From Octopus sinensis (lineage: Eukaryota), in contig NC_043000.1 in NCBI RefSeq assembly GCF_006345805.1, positions 61,814,001 through 61,878,000 of the forward strand: a DNA stretch of 64,000 bases, in the 5' to 3' direction. The translations under genes were made by a program, and so were the position numbers. Below the pieces are notes generated by a model. The model ran no database searches, was not told the origin of the DNA, and saw only the letters and a list, made by a program, of their open reading frames with translations. Every line of letters begins with the position of its first letter. Position 1 is the stretch's first letter. Shown here piece after piece: positions 23,806 to 37,365 of this stretch.

Positions 23806-24731
23806 TTTGAACACATCAAAAATAAGTTCTGAAATTGTGTTTGTACCTAATTTTCACCTGAAAGCATCTCCACCACTTATCTTTCTAAATATAGTCTTTT
23901 CTTGATAACACTAATCTTTCTCACTACTTAGAAACATTTCGCATAATATCCAACCCTTACCTTAATATAAACCTCTCCACTCATATTTTATATTGATCAC
24001 TTCCCTGAGTCACCAAATTACCTCTCTTTCATCAAGACCACAAATCTTTTGTTTTTCCAATGCCCTAGACCTGTTCCTTTCCCTGCCTACATTCTTGCAG
24101 CTTACTCAACTACATGTAATCTCTAACTCTGTCTGTCTGTCTTTCTGTCTGTCAGTCCGTCTGTCTTTCTCTCTCTCTTTCACCCTCTTTCTCTCCCCCT
24201 CTCTCTCCCCATCTCTCTTCCTCTCATTTCTATTCTACTACTCTTCAACCCCATGTATCATTAGTTTTGCCCACTCTATCCACCATGTATTACATCCATC
24301 CTTCAATCTGGTCCAGTCTCTATAGTTTCCTCTACTCTTCCCTATGCCCCCTACTTAACATTTGCTCTTCATTCATTATATTTCCTCTTTTACACATTCC
24401 CTTATTTCTAATTCTACCACAAACCCTACCAATCTCTGCCCACCCAAACTCATGAGTGTCCTGTCTCCATTCACATAACTCATATCATAAAGATCCACCC
24501 AGACTTCTCATAATCACTACTTATATTTCTTCCCATCTTCCACACTGATGATCCACACTCTCTTCTAAAATATATATATTCATGTAGCTCTCATACAGCA
24601 AGAAACATGTTCCACTTTGGCATGTTCTCTCCTAATTTAACACTTTAATTCTAAGCATACAGTTATCTCTCTCAGAGGCTCAAGTATTGAGCCGCTTGGA
24701 GACTTCACTAGTGCTGATGGCATGAGAGAGC

Positions 24732-25281
<550 letters not shown>

Positions 25282-25519
25282 CATTCATATATATATATAA
25301 TATATGGATTTCATAACAGCTACCTCTGATATGTGGTGCAGGGTTACATAATCGGACTGTTACCTAACAATCCAATTATGAACCCCTAGTGTGAAACATA
25401 TTGGTAAAATCAGGCATAATGAATATATGATACTGTACACTTTGATTAATATATATATATACATATATATATTTACATACACACATATATTTACACCTAT
25501 ATATATAAAGCAATGAGCT

Positions 25520-25820
25520 GGCATAACTGTTGGTACACCAGGCAAATTGCTTAGCAGCATTTTGTCCATGTTTGTGTTCTGAGTTCAAGTGCTGATATGC
25601 TGACTGTGCTTTTCATCCTTTTGAGCAGTGTGGTTGATCTAATTGACTCAATCTCTCCCCAAAATTGCTGGTCTTGTGCCAGAAATTGAAATCAGTACAT
25701 GGTTGTGTGGTAATAAGTCCTACTCTGGCTCAGTCCTACTGCATAGCACCTTGAGTAAGTGTCCTGCTATAGCCTCAGGCCAACCAAAGCCTTGTGAGTG
25801 GACTTGGTAGATAGGAAAGC
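25520..25820 (+). mobile_element. SINE family B copy followed by SINE family A 5' half
   Basis: gagctggcataactgttggtacaccaggcaaattgcttagcagcatttt...ctgagttcaa; then ggttgtgtggtaataag...caccttgagtaagtg...ccaaagccttgtgagtggacttggtaga. Confidence 0.8.
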
Positions 25821-25821
25821 A

Positions 25822-26054
25822 CCATCCGATCATGGTCTTTTGCCAGCCTCGTCTGGCACCTGTATCGGTGGCACGTAAAAAGCACCCACTACACTCACGG
25901 AATGGTTGGCGTTAGGAAGGGCATCCTGCTGTAGAAACATTGCCAGATCAGACTGGGCCTGGTGCAGCCTTCTGGCTTCCCAGACCCCAGTTGAACCATC
26001 CAACCCATGTTAGCATGGAAAGCGGACGCTAAACGATGATGATGATGATGATGA

Positions 26055-26057
<3 letters not shown>
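25822..26057 (+). mobile_element. RTE-associated retroposon 3' end with (GAT)n tail
   Basis: ggtggcacgtaaaaagcaccc...gttggcgttaggaagggcatcc.gctgtagaaac...gcatggaaagcggacgctaaacgatgatgatg. Confidence 0.8.
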
Positions 26058-26092
<35 letters not shown>

Positions 26093-26369
26093 TTAGAGAC
26101 AAAACCACTATTATGTAAATCAAACAAAGAAAGACTTAATCCAATACATAAAAAAATTTATATAAATTAAATAAACTTAAGTTATCCACTACAATTGTTC
26201 TTGTTACTTCTAAGGACATTCATCAGGTGTTTTCAGACCTTCTATTCAATTTAAATCTGATTTTTCCCTGTATATATATATATATATATAATATATATTT
26301 ATGTGTATATATATATATATATAAGATATATATATAATATATATATATGTATGTATGTATGTAGTATGT

Positions 26370-26580
26370 ATGTATGTATTTGTGTGTCTTTATTGTTGCC
26401 CCACCATTGCTTGTCAACTGATGTTGGTGTGTTTATCTCCATAATTTAGAGGTTTGACAAAACAGACTGATAGAATAAACATTAGGCTTACAAAGAACAA
26501 ATCGTGGGGTTGATTATTTCAACTAAAAGCGGTGTTCTAACACGGCCACATCACTGATTGAAACAAGTAAAAAGAATATA
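26370..26580 (+). mobile_element. SINE family A 3' half
   Basis: ttgcttgtcaactgatgttggtgtgttta...gatagaataa..ttaggcttacaaagaa...gaaacaagtaaaaaga. Confidence 0.8.
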
Positions 26581-26610
26581 TATATATATATACACACACA
26601 CACAAATATA

Positions 26611-27128
26611 CCAGGTGTCCCAAAAAGTTGTACTCACTCTTTGACTTCCCAGTCATTCATTTTTTGTTCAAGTAGATGTTTATTGATATACATGCTATCC
26701 TAAAAAGTTAAATTGAATTCAGGAAAATAAATTGTTGTAGAAACGATTGTTTATTGTCATTTAGTATTATTTAATGTTCTCTCTCATTCCTGCGTGTTTG
26801 CAAATGTTCAAACTGCCTTCCTTCATTTTCCAAACAAAGTTGATAATATCCAACCATGGATTCAACAACATTGCCAAACATTTCATTTGGAATTGTAAGA
26901 CATTGTATTAGAATTTCATTTTTCAAATCATCAATTGTCACTGGTTTTGCAGTGTAAACCTTATCTTTGAGATGTCCCCTTAAAAAAATCCATTGGCATG
27001 AGGTCTGGGGAATGTACGGGAAATTCAACACTACCTCTCCTCCCTATCCATTTGTTTGGATTTGTTGCATCGAGGTAAGCCCATACATCGTCTGTCAAAG
27101 AGTGAGTATGTCCTTTTGGGAAACCCTA
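26611..27128 (-). mobile_element. Internally deleted Tc1/mariner element with both TIRs and TA flanks
   Basis: ta|ccaggtgtcccaaaaagttgtactcactctttgac pairs with gtcaaagagtgagtatgtccttttgggaaacccta|ta; internal frame WIFLRGHLKDKVYTAKPVTIDDLKNEI...LCLENEGRQFEHL is a Tc1/mariner transposase C-terminus. Confidence 0.9.
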
Positions 27129-27227
27129 TAGATTGGCTAGCCACCTATCCATGTGTGAAGTACTGGCAATGTATACAAAGCCTGGTTAATAGAAATATAT
27201 ATATATATTTATCATATTGACAATAAT

Positions 27228-27440
27228 GGTCATTGTCATCATCATCATTGTTTTTATCACTTTATGTCTGCTCTCCATACAGATATGGGTTGGACAGATC
27301 ATTGTTACTCTTTAATAATTTGGGTGGGTGGGGCTACATGTCACTTGCATGTTTCAGTTTTAGATTAATTTGCATGGCAGGATTCTCTTCCTTACATCAA
27401 GCATTTCACACAATATGTAAAGTATGTTTTTTAGAACAGC
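27228..27440 (-). mobile_element. Diverged RTE-associated retroposon 3' end
   Basis: catcatcat...ttatgtctgctctccatacagatatgggttggacag resembles the reverse complement of the 25822-26057 tail. Confidence 0.6.
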
Positions 27441-27879
27441 CAACTAAAGCCATGGGAGTAATATATTGTAGCTTATACACTGGAGAGGAAAGTGGAAAGA
27501 CTGGCACGGATAGCTTGAGGTGGATGATTGAAGGTTATTGAAATCAACATATTTATCAGGGCATATACATATGGTGTGTAGGATACTCTATGTTCACACG
27601 CCTTAAGTGTGTGCGAGAGTAAGATATGGATTAGAGAGATAAATACAAGAGAGGGAGGATAATGCATGCATTGTTTGGAAGAAGATCAGATAGGTCCCAT
27701 GGCATTCTAGTTACATTGTAGGCAATGAACAATACAAGCAAGAGATACACTGCTATCCATTATCACATCAGCAGTGTAGTAGAGTGAGAGTGGGTGGAGG
27801 GGAATTTGAGGAACAGGAGCATGAGTGCTAGAGGGCATGTGTACTAAACGCAACAGTGATGGAGATAGAATATATTTTA

Positions 27880-27896
27880 ATATATGTATGTGTAAA

Positions 27897-27935
<39 letters not shown>

Positions 27936-27980
27936 CATCATCATCATATATATATATATACATATATAAATATATATACA

Positions 27981-28012
<32 letters not shown>

Positions 28013-28013
28013 C

Positions 28014-28056
<43 letters not shown>

Positions 28057-28321
28057 ATATATATCATCATCATCATATATATATATATATATATCATCAT
28101 CATCATCATATATATATATATAGATATATATATATATATATTTATGTATATTTTGTATCTATTGTATGGATATATATATATTTGTATATATTGTATGTAA
28201 ATATTATATATATATTTGTATATAGTGTATGTATGTATGTATGTATGTATATATATATACATATGTAATTATGTATACACACACACACACGTACACTAAT
28301 GCACATACACACATACCATAT

Positions 28322-28352
<31 letters not shown>

Positions 28353-28376
28353 ATATATATATATGTATATATATAC

Positions 28377-28423
<47 letters not shown>

Positions 28424-28430
28424 TATATGT
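27880..28430. repeat. Long (TA)n/(CAT)n/(TATG)n compound array
   Basis: Directly visible. Confidence 0.95.
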
Positions 28431-29010
28431 AGATGTGGGCGTGTTTTTGTGGATGTTTGCTCATGCTTGTCTGAATTGTATGGGCCTTCTCCAACACTGC
28501 AACCCACTAGTCATTGCATTCCTTTTCTATCTTCTTTGTGAGGAGTAGTCTCCTCAGATCAGATTTCACTGCGTCTTCTCTTGTCTGGCCTGGTTTTATA
28601 TTTATGGCTTAGTCCTTCCACTTGGATCACTTAGCACTTCTTCATACAACAAACATCCATGAATGAATGTCTGAGTGTGTGAGGCTGTTTGTGTTCATAT
28701 ACAAACATACATACATGCATACATACATACATATATGCATTATCATATATATATATATACTATTTATATACTCATATCGGTGAATGTTTGCATGTACTTT
28801 TGATATATGTATGCTTGTATGTATATGTGTATGTGCATATATATATATATATATATATACACGCACATATGTATGTGTATATAATAAAAACTGCAATAGC
28901 ATCACAAAAGAACTGCTACTCAGAGTTTTATGTTCCCATTCATCAGGCAGTTGTGATCACAGCTGCCCAACGAATGGGAATGTGAAACTCTGAATAGCAG
29001 TTCTTTTGTT

Positions 29011-29203
29011 ATTTTTTTTTTGTAGCTTTAATAAAAATGTATACATGAGTGTGTATATTTGTGTGTGTGTATACATACATACACACATATATATATATAT
29101 ATCATCATCATCATCATCATCGTTTAATGTCCGCTTTATGTATACACACACACAAATATACACACTCATGTATACATTTTTATTAAAGCTACAAAAAAAA
29201 AAT
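29011..29203. repeat. Perfect inverted duplication (67-bp arms 29011-29077 / 29137-29203)
   Basis: Arms are exact reverse complements; the spacer holds (TA)n(CAT)n and a truncated retroposon tail cgtttaatgtccgctt. Confidence 0.95.
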
Positions 29204-29289
29204 ATAATATATATATATATATATATAAATATGTATATATGTGTACAAGTTCATCAACATCAAAGTAAAAATCGTATGGATATTGTAAT

Positions 29290-29671
29290 TGTGATACCCT
29301 TGCTGGTGGCACGTAGGGCCTCACAGAGGAAATGACAAAGACCGAGACCTCTGAGATATGCTGTGACTGTGAAGACCCGACAAATGAAGTGACTTCATGG
29401 CTCGCAGCACAGCCTACTGTGTTAACCTTGGTTCGTAGAGTGACCCGCTGTTCTTGAGAAAACCTATTGAGTCAAGTATGTCAACACCAACATCAAAATG
29501 AAAATCAAATGGAAATTGTAGTTAAGATACTTGTGCTGGTGACATGTAAAAAGCACCGTCCAAACATGGCAGATGCCAGCGCCACCTGACTTGTGTTCAT
29601 GTCGGTGACAGGTAAAAGTGCTAACCGATCGTGGCCGTTTGCCAGACTCCTCTGGTTCCTGTGCTGGTAGC
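29290..29671 (+). mobile_element. RTE-type LINE 3' end/UTR, cut by the gap
   Basis: gaggaaatgacaaagaccgagacctctgagatatgctgtg..gaagacccg followed by repeated gctggtg.cac/atgtaaaaagcacc motifs shared with 25860-25890. Confidence 0.7.
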
Positions 29672-29771
29672 NNNNNNNNNNNNNNNNNNNNNNNNNNNNN
29701 NNNNNNNNNNNNNNNNNNNNNNNNNNNNNNNNNNNNNNNNNNNNNNNNNNNNNNNNNNNNNNNNNNNNNNN
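29672..29771. other. Assembly gap (100 N)
   Basis: Exactly 100 N, typical of a scaffolding join. Confidence 1.
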
Positions 29772-29788
29772 GTATATATATATATATT

Positions 29789-29824
<36 letters not shown>

Positions 29825-29857
29825 CATACATATATATATATATAAATATTTATAGAC

Positions 29858-29901
<44 letters not shown>

Positions 29902-29920
29902 ATATATATACAACATACAT

Positions 29921-29962
<42 letters not shown>

Positions 29963-30579
29963 ATGGTTATATATATAAAACAAAGCTGAAAGTAAAAGAG
30001 AATTGAGCAAAAATACAAAGACAACAAATAGAAAGATAAGGAGAACAATACTTGTTACTTACCTCATGTTATAGAGAAAAACAGTTAGTGTATAGCTATA
30101 CATGTGGCAGGGACCAGAGTTGGGGTATCAAGCCATGTTATTGAAGACCTGTTTTTTGAGATACTAATAATGAGAACATGAATACCCGCATCTTAGTGCA
30201 CATGTCAGGTACTCAGTACTTGTATGTGTATGTGTGTGTATGTGCATGCTTATACATGCATATGTACAGGAATTTGTAGGTGTCAATGTGCCTTTGTGAA
30301 AGCATGAAGGTATGAATGCGTGTTAGTCGTTTTGAAACAAGTTACAGTATGAACAGCTCAGACTCAACTGTGGCACCGTTTTTGTCTCATGAATCAATGA
30401 AGCTAATAAGAGTGAAAACAACATTTGCTGGAAATAGTGATTTTAAAACTTATATACTTCTTACTGATAACTAAAATTTCCTTCTTCTGTATGAGTTGTT
30501 TGAATCATATATATTTATAGTAAATGAATATACAGTATGTGAGTGTACAAATATATGATTATATATATATGAGTTCATA

Positions 30580-30619
<40 letters not shown>

Positions 30620-31118
30620 ATATGTATGTATGTATGTATGTATGTATTTGTGAGAGGTGTGTGTGCAACAAGTTTAAAGTATTATGCTACTGCAAAACTC
30701 GTATGAGAATTGTGTTGTAGAGAAAGATTTCTGCTTTGAAACTCTGCACATATTAGCACTGTGATATGTTTGGTTCATACAATGGAAACTACTTTCAGTG
30801 GCTACAGGCCACAAGCATTGTCACTGAAACCCGAAACATAACCTTCCACCTCTGCATATAATTAGTGTACATGAGTTCTGTGACTATATAGTAACTAAAT
30901 GTGTAGCAGTAGTCCTACTGCCAACTGTATATTCTGCACAATTTACTGTTATCAAGTACCACTGTCTATGCTACCGTGTCTTCCAGTCAGGCTGTTTGTC
31001 ATTATAATATTATATATATTAGCTTATACTATTTGGCAAAGTGACTGTAATTCTTAACAAAATTGAATATCTATTTCTTTTTATTTAATTCATGCCTGCA
31101 TTGACACACACAGTCACA

Positions 31119-31155
<37 letters not shown>

Positions 31156-31792
31156 ACACAAACACACACAAACACACACACACACACACACATGTTTGTG
31201 TGTGTGTTCTGGTTGTATGGGTCTATGCATGTACCTTTTGGGAAGTTGTCTACATACGTATATGTGTGTGTGTGTGTGTTTGTGACAATATTAGCATATA
31301 TAGATATTCATATGTGTCTACATACAAGTATACAAATAGAGAAGAGAGTAAGACAGTGAAAAATATAGGAATACATACACACACATACACACACACACAC
31401 GCACACACACAAATATGTTATGTAAATGTATGTGTATGTATACACACATTACATTTAGATATAGATATATATATATATATATATATATATGAATACTTTC
31501 TCACACACACATATTATATACAAATATAAACACATATTTATAAACCGATATATGTTTGTTTGTGTGTGTGCATGTGTGTATTTGTGCACGTGTGAGTGTG
31601 TGTTTGTGTGTAGAGGGAGAGAGAGAGAGAGAGAGAGGGAAAGAGAAAGAAAAGAGGGAGAGAAAGAGAGGGAGATTTTGGGAGAGGTTGTTAGATTGCT
31701 TGTGGAAATATATCTTGAAAATATATTTTGTATTGAAATAACACTAATAAATATATTCTATTATCACTAATATATTTAAAAAGAACACGTTT

Positions 31793-31840
<48 letters not shown>

Positions 31841-32014
31841 TTGTAAAACATATTTTGTATACATATTCATTCAGAGAAGTATATTAACACCTGTTCTGAA
31901 CACACACACATAAACACCATATATTTTTCTACAGATGTTTCTTTTAAAATTTTATAAATAACATCATTCACTTTTTTATTATTGTATGCACATGTACACA
32001 CCTACATAAATGTG

Positions 32015-32452
32015 TATGGCAGTATTGTTAGCTGCAGGGCAGAATGCCAATGGGTATTTCCTCTAACTTTAAATTCTGAGTTCGAATTCTGCCTTTGTTG
32101 TCTTTACTTTAAAAAATTTTGGGGTCAATAATATGAATATCAGTTGTGTACAGCGGAACAATGCAATAAAGTAAATTCTTTCCCCACAAATTTCAGGCCT
32201 TGTGCCTATAGTAGAAAGGATTATTATTATTATTATTATCATTATTCTGACAAGCAGGCAGAATTGTTGTATGCTGGATGAAATGGTTAGCAGTATGTCA
32301 CCCACCACTATGTTTTGAGTTCAAATTCTGCCAAGGTTGAGTTTGCCCTTCATCCTTTCAGGGATGAGAAGATTAAGTACCAGTGATATACTGAAGTCGA
32401 TGTAAGTGACTAGTACCCTCCCCCAAAATTTCAGGCCTTGTGCCTAGAAAGG

Positions 32453-32491
<39 letters not shown>

Positions 32492-32965
32492 TTTATTACT
32501 ATTATCATTATTGTTAAGGTGGTAAGCTAGCAGAATCGTTAGCATGCTGGATGAAATGCCTAGCAGTATTTTGCCCATTAGTATGTTCTGAGTTCAAATT
32601 CCACCAAGGTCAGCTTCCATCAAGGGGTTCTTAAAATAAGTACCAGTTAAACACTGAGGTCCATGTAATCAACTCATCCCCTTCCCCAAAATTCCTGCCC
32701 TTGTGGCAAAATTTGAAACCGTTATTATCAATGTTGTTTTTGTTGTTGTTGTTGATTGTTGTTATTAAGGCAGTGTGCTGGTAAAATTGTTAGCACACCG
32801 GGCAAAACATTTAATGTCATTTCATCTGTCTTTACTTTTGGAGTTCAAATTCTGTTCGAGTCAACTTTGCCTTTCATCCTTTCAGGGTCAATGAAATAAG
32901 TATCAGTTGCGCATTTTGGTCATTCCCCAGATCTTGCTGGCTTTGTGCCAAAATTTGAAATAGTT
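32015..32965 (+). mobile_element. Four head-to-tail SINE family B copies (32015-32222, 32240-32455, 32513-32725, 32765-32965)
   Basis: Each has g(c/g)cagaat.gtt...ctgagttc(g/a)aatt..gcc...ccccaaaattt..ggccttgtgcc; separated by (ATT)n or (GTT)n tracts. Confidence 0.9.
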
Positions 32966-32969
32966 ATCA

Positions 32970-33085
32970 TTTCTATTATCTTTATTATTAGTATAATAAT
33001 AATGAGGATCATAATGATAATAATGATCATAATGATCATAATGATAATAATAATAATAATAGTAATAATAATAATGATAATAATG

Positions 33086-33116
<31 letters not shown>

Positions 33117-33187
33117 TGATGATGATGATAATAATAATAATAATAATAATAATGATGATGATGATGATGATAATAATAATAATAATA

Positions 33188-33226
<39 letters not shown>

Positions 33227-33305
33227 TATTAATAATAAAAAAAAAAATAATAATGACAACAACAATGATAATAACAACAATAACAATTACTATTCTTATT
33301 ATTAT
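32970..33305. repeat. (AAT)n/(GAT)n compound array
   Basis: Directly visible. Confidence 0.95.
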
Positions 33306-33311
33306 CATTAT

Positions 33312-33742
33312 CAGGCACAGAAATGGCTGTGTGATAAGTAGTTTGCTTACCAACCACATGGTTCTGTGTTCATATCCACTGCATGGCACCTTGGGTAAGG
33401 GTCTTCTACTATAGCCTCGGGTCGACCAAAGCCTTGTGAGTGGATTTGGTAGGCGGAAACTGAAAGAAGCCCGTTGTATATATGTATATATATATATACA
33501 TATATACATACATATATATATATATGTATGTGTGTATATGTTTGTGTGTCTGTGTTGTCCCCCCCAACATCACATGACAACTGATGGTGGTGTGTTTACA
33601 TCCCCGTCACCTAGCGGTTTGGCAAAAGAGACCAATAGAATAAGTACTAGGCTTCCAAAGAATAAGTCCTGGGGTCGATTTGCTCGACTAAAGGCGGTGT
33701 TCCAGCATGACCGCAGTCAAATGACTAAAACAAGTAAAAGAA
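33312..33742 (+). mobile_element. tRNA-derived SINE family A copy (full length)
   Basis: aggcacagaaatggctgtgtgataagtagtttgcttaccaaccacatggttc...cgcagtcaaatgactaaaacaagtaaaaga. Confidence 0.92.
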
Positions 33743-33807
33743 TATTATTATTGTTATTATTATTATTATTATTATTATCATTATCATCATCATCATCATC
33801 ATCATAA

Positions 33808-33881
<74 letters not shown>

Positions 33882-34324
33882 TTCATCATTATTATTGTTT
33901 TAAATCAGCAGCAGAGTTTTGAAAATGACTGAAGGGACGAGAGTTTCATGCATGGCACTTATCAAACCTATGAAGATACTTATAGCCATGTATTATGTAT
34001 CTTATACATGCATATATCTGAATATATGTGCTTAGATCAACATCATTTAACACTAGCCTTCCATATTGACAGGGGTTGAGAACTCAACAGGATTAGAAGA
34101 GAGAGAAGACTATGTTTGCATGTGTATATGTGTGTGGCGTGTCTGTGTACATATATATCTGCATATGTATATGTGCATAAATATATGTATATATGTGTGG
34201 ATGTGTGTGTTTCTGTGTGTATGTGTATGTTTGTATGTATGTATATGTGTGTGTATGTTGTATGTATGGGTATGTATATTTGTATGTATACACACACGCA
34301 TATACATACATATATAGTTACCCC

Positions 34325-34465
34325 AAGCATGAACAAAGAGAAAACAATACAACGCGAGGACGTGGAACAAGTATAGTGTTATTGGACGCTCAGTAAAGGA
34401 AATAAAGAAGGAGGATTTAACGTTTCGAGTGGAGCTCTTCGTCAAAAACAGAAAAAGGAAAGGAA
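34325..34465 (-). mobile_element. Short repeat with a minimal type I hammerhead-like motif (Penelope pLTR-like)
   Basis: Minus strand 34452-34411 reads tctgttt TTGACGA a gagc tcc actc GAAA CGTT aaatc; one C>T in the CUGANGA core and one mismatch in stem II. Confidence 0.55.
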
Positions 34466-35066
34466 TATATATGTGTGTGTGTGTGTGTGTGTATGTATGT
34501 ACATACATAGGCATACATATATATTATGAATATATACATGTAAATATAAACTTTGAGAGAGTGTGAAATAATTGATTTGTGTAAGATTGGATCTTGAAAC
34601 AGATAAATCTATTGACAATAATATGTATGTATAGCGTTCAGAACCATTTTTTAATGAAAACTTGAAGGCTACTAGTGAGACTTGAACCAACATCTGTGTG
34701 TGTGTGTGTGTGTGTTGTATGTGTGTGTGTTTGTGTGTGTTTGAGTGGTTGTGTGTGCATGTGTGTGTGAATGTGTATGTGTGTTTGTTTGTGTGCAAGT
34801 GTGTGTGTGTGTACATATCTGTCTGTGTGTGTGTGTGTGTTAGTATATGAGTGTATAAACATAACATTTTTTATAAATATGGTATACATATTTGTATACA
34901 ATGAATACATGTAAGTGATACTGAGTCTTTACGAAGTTGACTTCATGATTATGAAGAGCTTTGATCACTCCTTCAATTCGTCTCCTGTGATGTGAATAAA
35001 ATAGTGCAGATGTCTTCTGTAATGTGAATAAAATCTGTTGTAGCACATTGCACGGATAGATATAAA

Positions 35067-35442
35067 TGTAGTTAATATTGTACCCTGTTCACACCTCCAT
35101 GTCATACAAATTTACATGGATTTAAAGATATAAGAGTCTGTGTTATACCCAGCCATATGGATGAAATTTATAAAATACTTTTATCCAGTTCCTCAACAAC
35201 TACAAAACTTGCAAACAAAACTTGTAAACAAAATATGCAAACACATAAAAGTATAAAAGTTCATTTACTAGGCTGCGTATTCACTAACTATGGAACTCTA
35301 TTCACAGTGCTACAGAATTGCAAATATTCAAACATATGAATGTGCGTGTGTGTGAAGATATAAATACACACAAACATATATGTATGCATATATATTTATT
35401 ATGTGTACATATATATATATGTACATATGTATATATATATAT

Positions 35443-35538
<96 letters not shown>

Positions 35539-35765
35539 TTATATATAAATATGCGTATAAATAAAATTATATATATACATATATATATATATGTATGTAT
35601 ACATAAATATCATTTTGTCCTTGCAACATTCAACCCAACAGTTGCGGCCATGTGGGGGCATATATAATTGTAGTTAATATTGTACCCTGTTCACACCTCC
35701 CTGTCATACAAATTGCACATGGATTGAATTTAAAGCTATAAGAGTCTGTGTTATACTCATCCATA
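35067..35765. repeat. ~90-bp direct repeat pair (35067-35157 / 35669-35765)
   Basis: tgtagttaatattgtaccctgttcacacctcc.tgtcatacaaatt...taagagtctgtgttatac occurs twice, 602 bp apart. Confidence 0.9.
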
Positions 35766-36099
35766 ATAAATCGGATGATATACACCTGGTAGTTTACCGG
35801 TAAAGCACATTTACTGGCTCGGCGTTTGTTCGGTATTTGATTAATGAGAGAGACGGAAGATATAATATACGAGAATCTTTATTGATCACTACAACTGTTT
35901 CGACCTTCTCTAGCATCGATCTCTCGCGGGTTGGATACTGAACATCTAGTTTAGGTGCATCCCTCTGTATATAAGTGTCTCCGAAGATGATTTCAAGAGG
36001 TAGCTCGTTAAAATACTCAGCAAGATTTCTTCTTGGTCTTTTTATATTCAAATGGTAGATGAAGGTATACAGCTTCATTCTCATAGAAGATCCATAACT

Positions 36100-36500
36100 A
36101 ATATCTGACACGAAATGCCCATTCACGAACCTTTGTATGAGTATCAATGTTGTATATAAGTGCACTGTACACTTAAAGGTAGGACCGTACGTTTACATTG
36201 GTGCAACGACTGAATCTTTCAAGCACCTATATCGAAACAATGATGCCAGCATCAATAAAATTAATAAGAGGCACTCAAGGTCTTTGGCTTATTTTATGTG
36301 GCAATTTAAGGAGGATAATAAGACATGCACAACCGTACAACGTCCTTTCTAGGAGAAGCAAACTGTGCACCGAGAAATCGCTGTCCAATTGGTGGACCAA
36401 TGAGAAGCTCATCAATAGGATTTCTGAAAGACTATCAAGATGCTTACATGCTACTAAATATACTTTTCGCACAATACAGTGGACATGAATTAGAGCAATC
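36100..36500 (+). mobile_element. Penelope-like element GIY-YIG endonuclease fragment
   Basis: DTKCPFTNLCMSINVVYKCTVHLKVGPYVYIGATTESFKHLYRNNDASINKINKRHSRSLAYFMWQFKE resembles CPL.G.CL...VVY.A.V.....YIG.T...FK.RY.NH..SF......T.LS.YIW.LK; then CTEK (~LCL.EK). Confidence 0.88.
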
Positions 36501-36819
36501 GTTAGCTGAATTAATGACCACATTTTACCGAAGTGTACGGATAAATAACTGCAACCTCCACATTCTTATAAACACAATACCACTTTAGTTTCCAGTATCA
36601 CTGGGATACCTCTTGGCTATTATATATCGCTTAAAGTGATAAAAATACCAACTTGGGTCTCTCTATAAGTATTCCTCACTTAATTATGTGTGCGAGCGTA
36701 AGTGCGCCAAACTACAAGTGTTTGTGTGTGCTTGTAGGTGCGTGTATATTTGTGCGAGGGATTGTACGTGCGCCAGACCACGTTTATGTGAGCGTTTGTA
36801 CATCCATTATAACATCGGG

Positions 36820-37152
36820 CTGACCAAGGCTCATGTGTGTGGATTTAGTAGACGGAAACTGAAAGAAGCCAGGCGTATGTGTGTGTGATGACTGTATATG
36901 TATGTCTGCATGTATGTTCGTGTGTGTGTGTGTGTGTGTGTCAGAGAGAGAGTAGAGAGAGAGTAGAGAGAGAGAGAGAGAGTTTGTGTGTTTGTGTATT
37001 TCCGGCTGCCTTTGTCCCGCTTGACAATCGCTTCTGCAAAAAGACCGCTAGAGTAAGTATCAAGTTCAAAAAGAAAAAGTCTTTGGGGTCGATTCCTTCA
37101 ACTAAAAATTCTTCGAGGTGTTTCTGCAGGACCGCAGTCTACAGTAAAAGAT
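36820..37152 (+). mobile_element. SINE family A partial copy
   Basis: ggatttagtagacggaaactgaaagaagcc...cttgacaa...ggggtcgattccttcaactaaaaattcttc. Confidence 0.8.
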
Positions 37153-37295
37153 AATGTATGCACACACATACATACATTTATACACACACACACACACACA
37201 CACACGTACATACACACAGATATATGAATACATACTCAAGTTTAATTCCCTTGACCACTACGGAGTGTATTCTATACGGAAAATATTTTTCTCTC

Positions 37296-37365
<70 letters not shown>

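Noticed and set aside
30055-30095. Minus-strand branch point + pyrimidine tract + AG|GTAAGT (recursive splice-like site)
   Set aside because: GAG acceptor is atypical, and no host gene is established.
32015-32965. Regularly spaced repeats resembling a CRISPR array
   Set aside because: Units are ~200-bp SINEs in eukaryotic DNA; no short repeat-spacer structure or cas genes.
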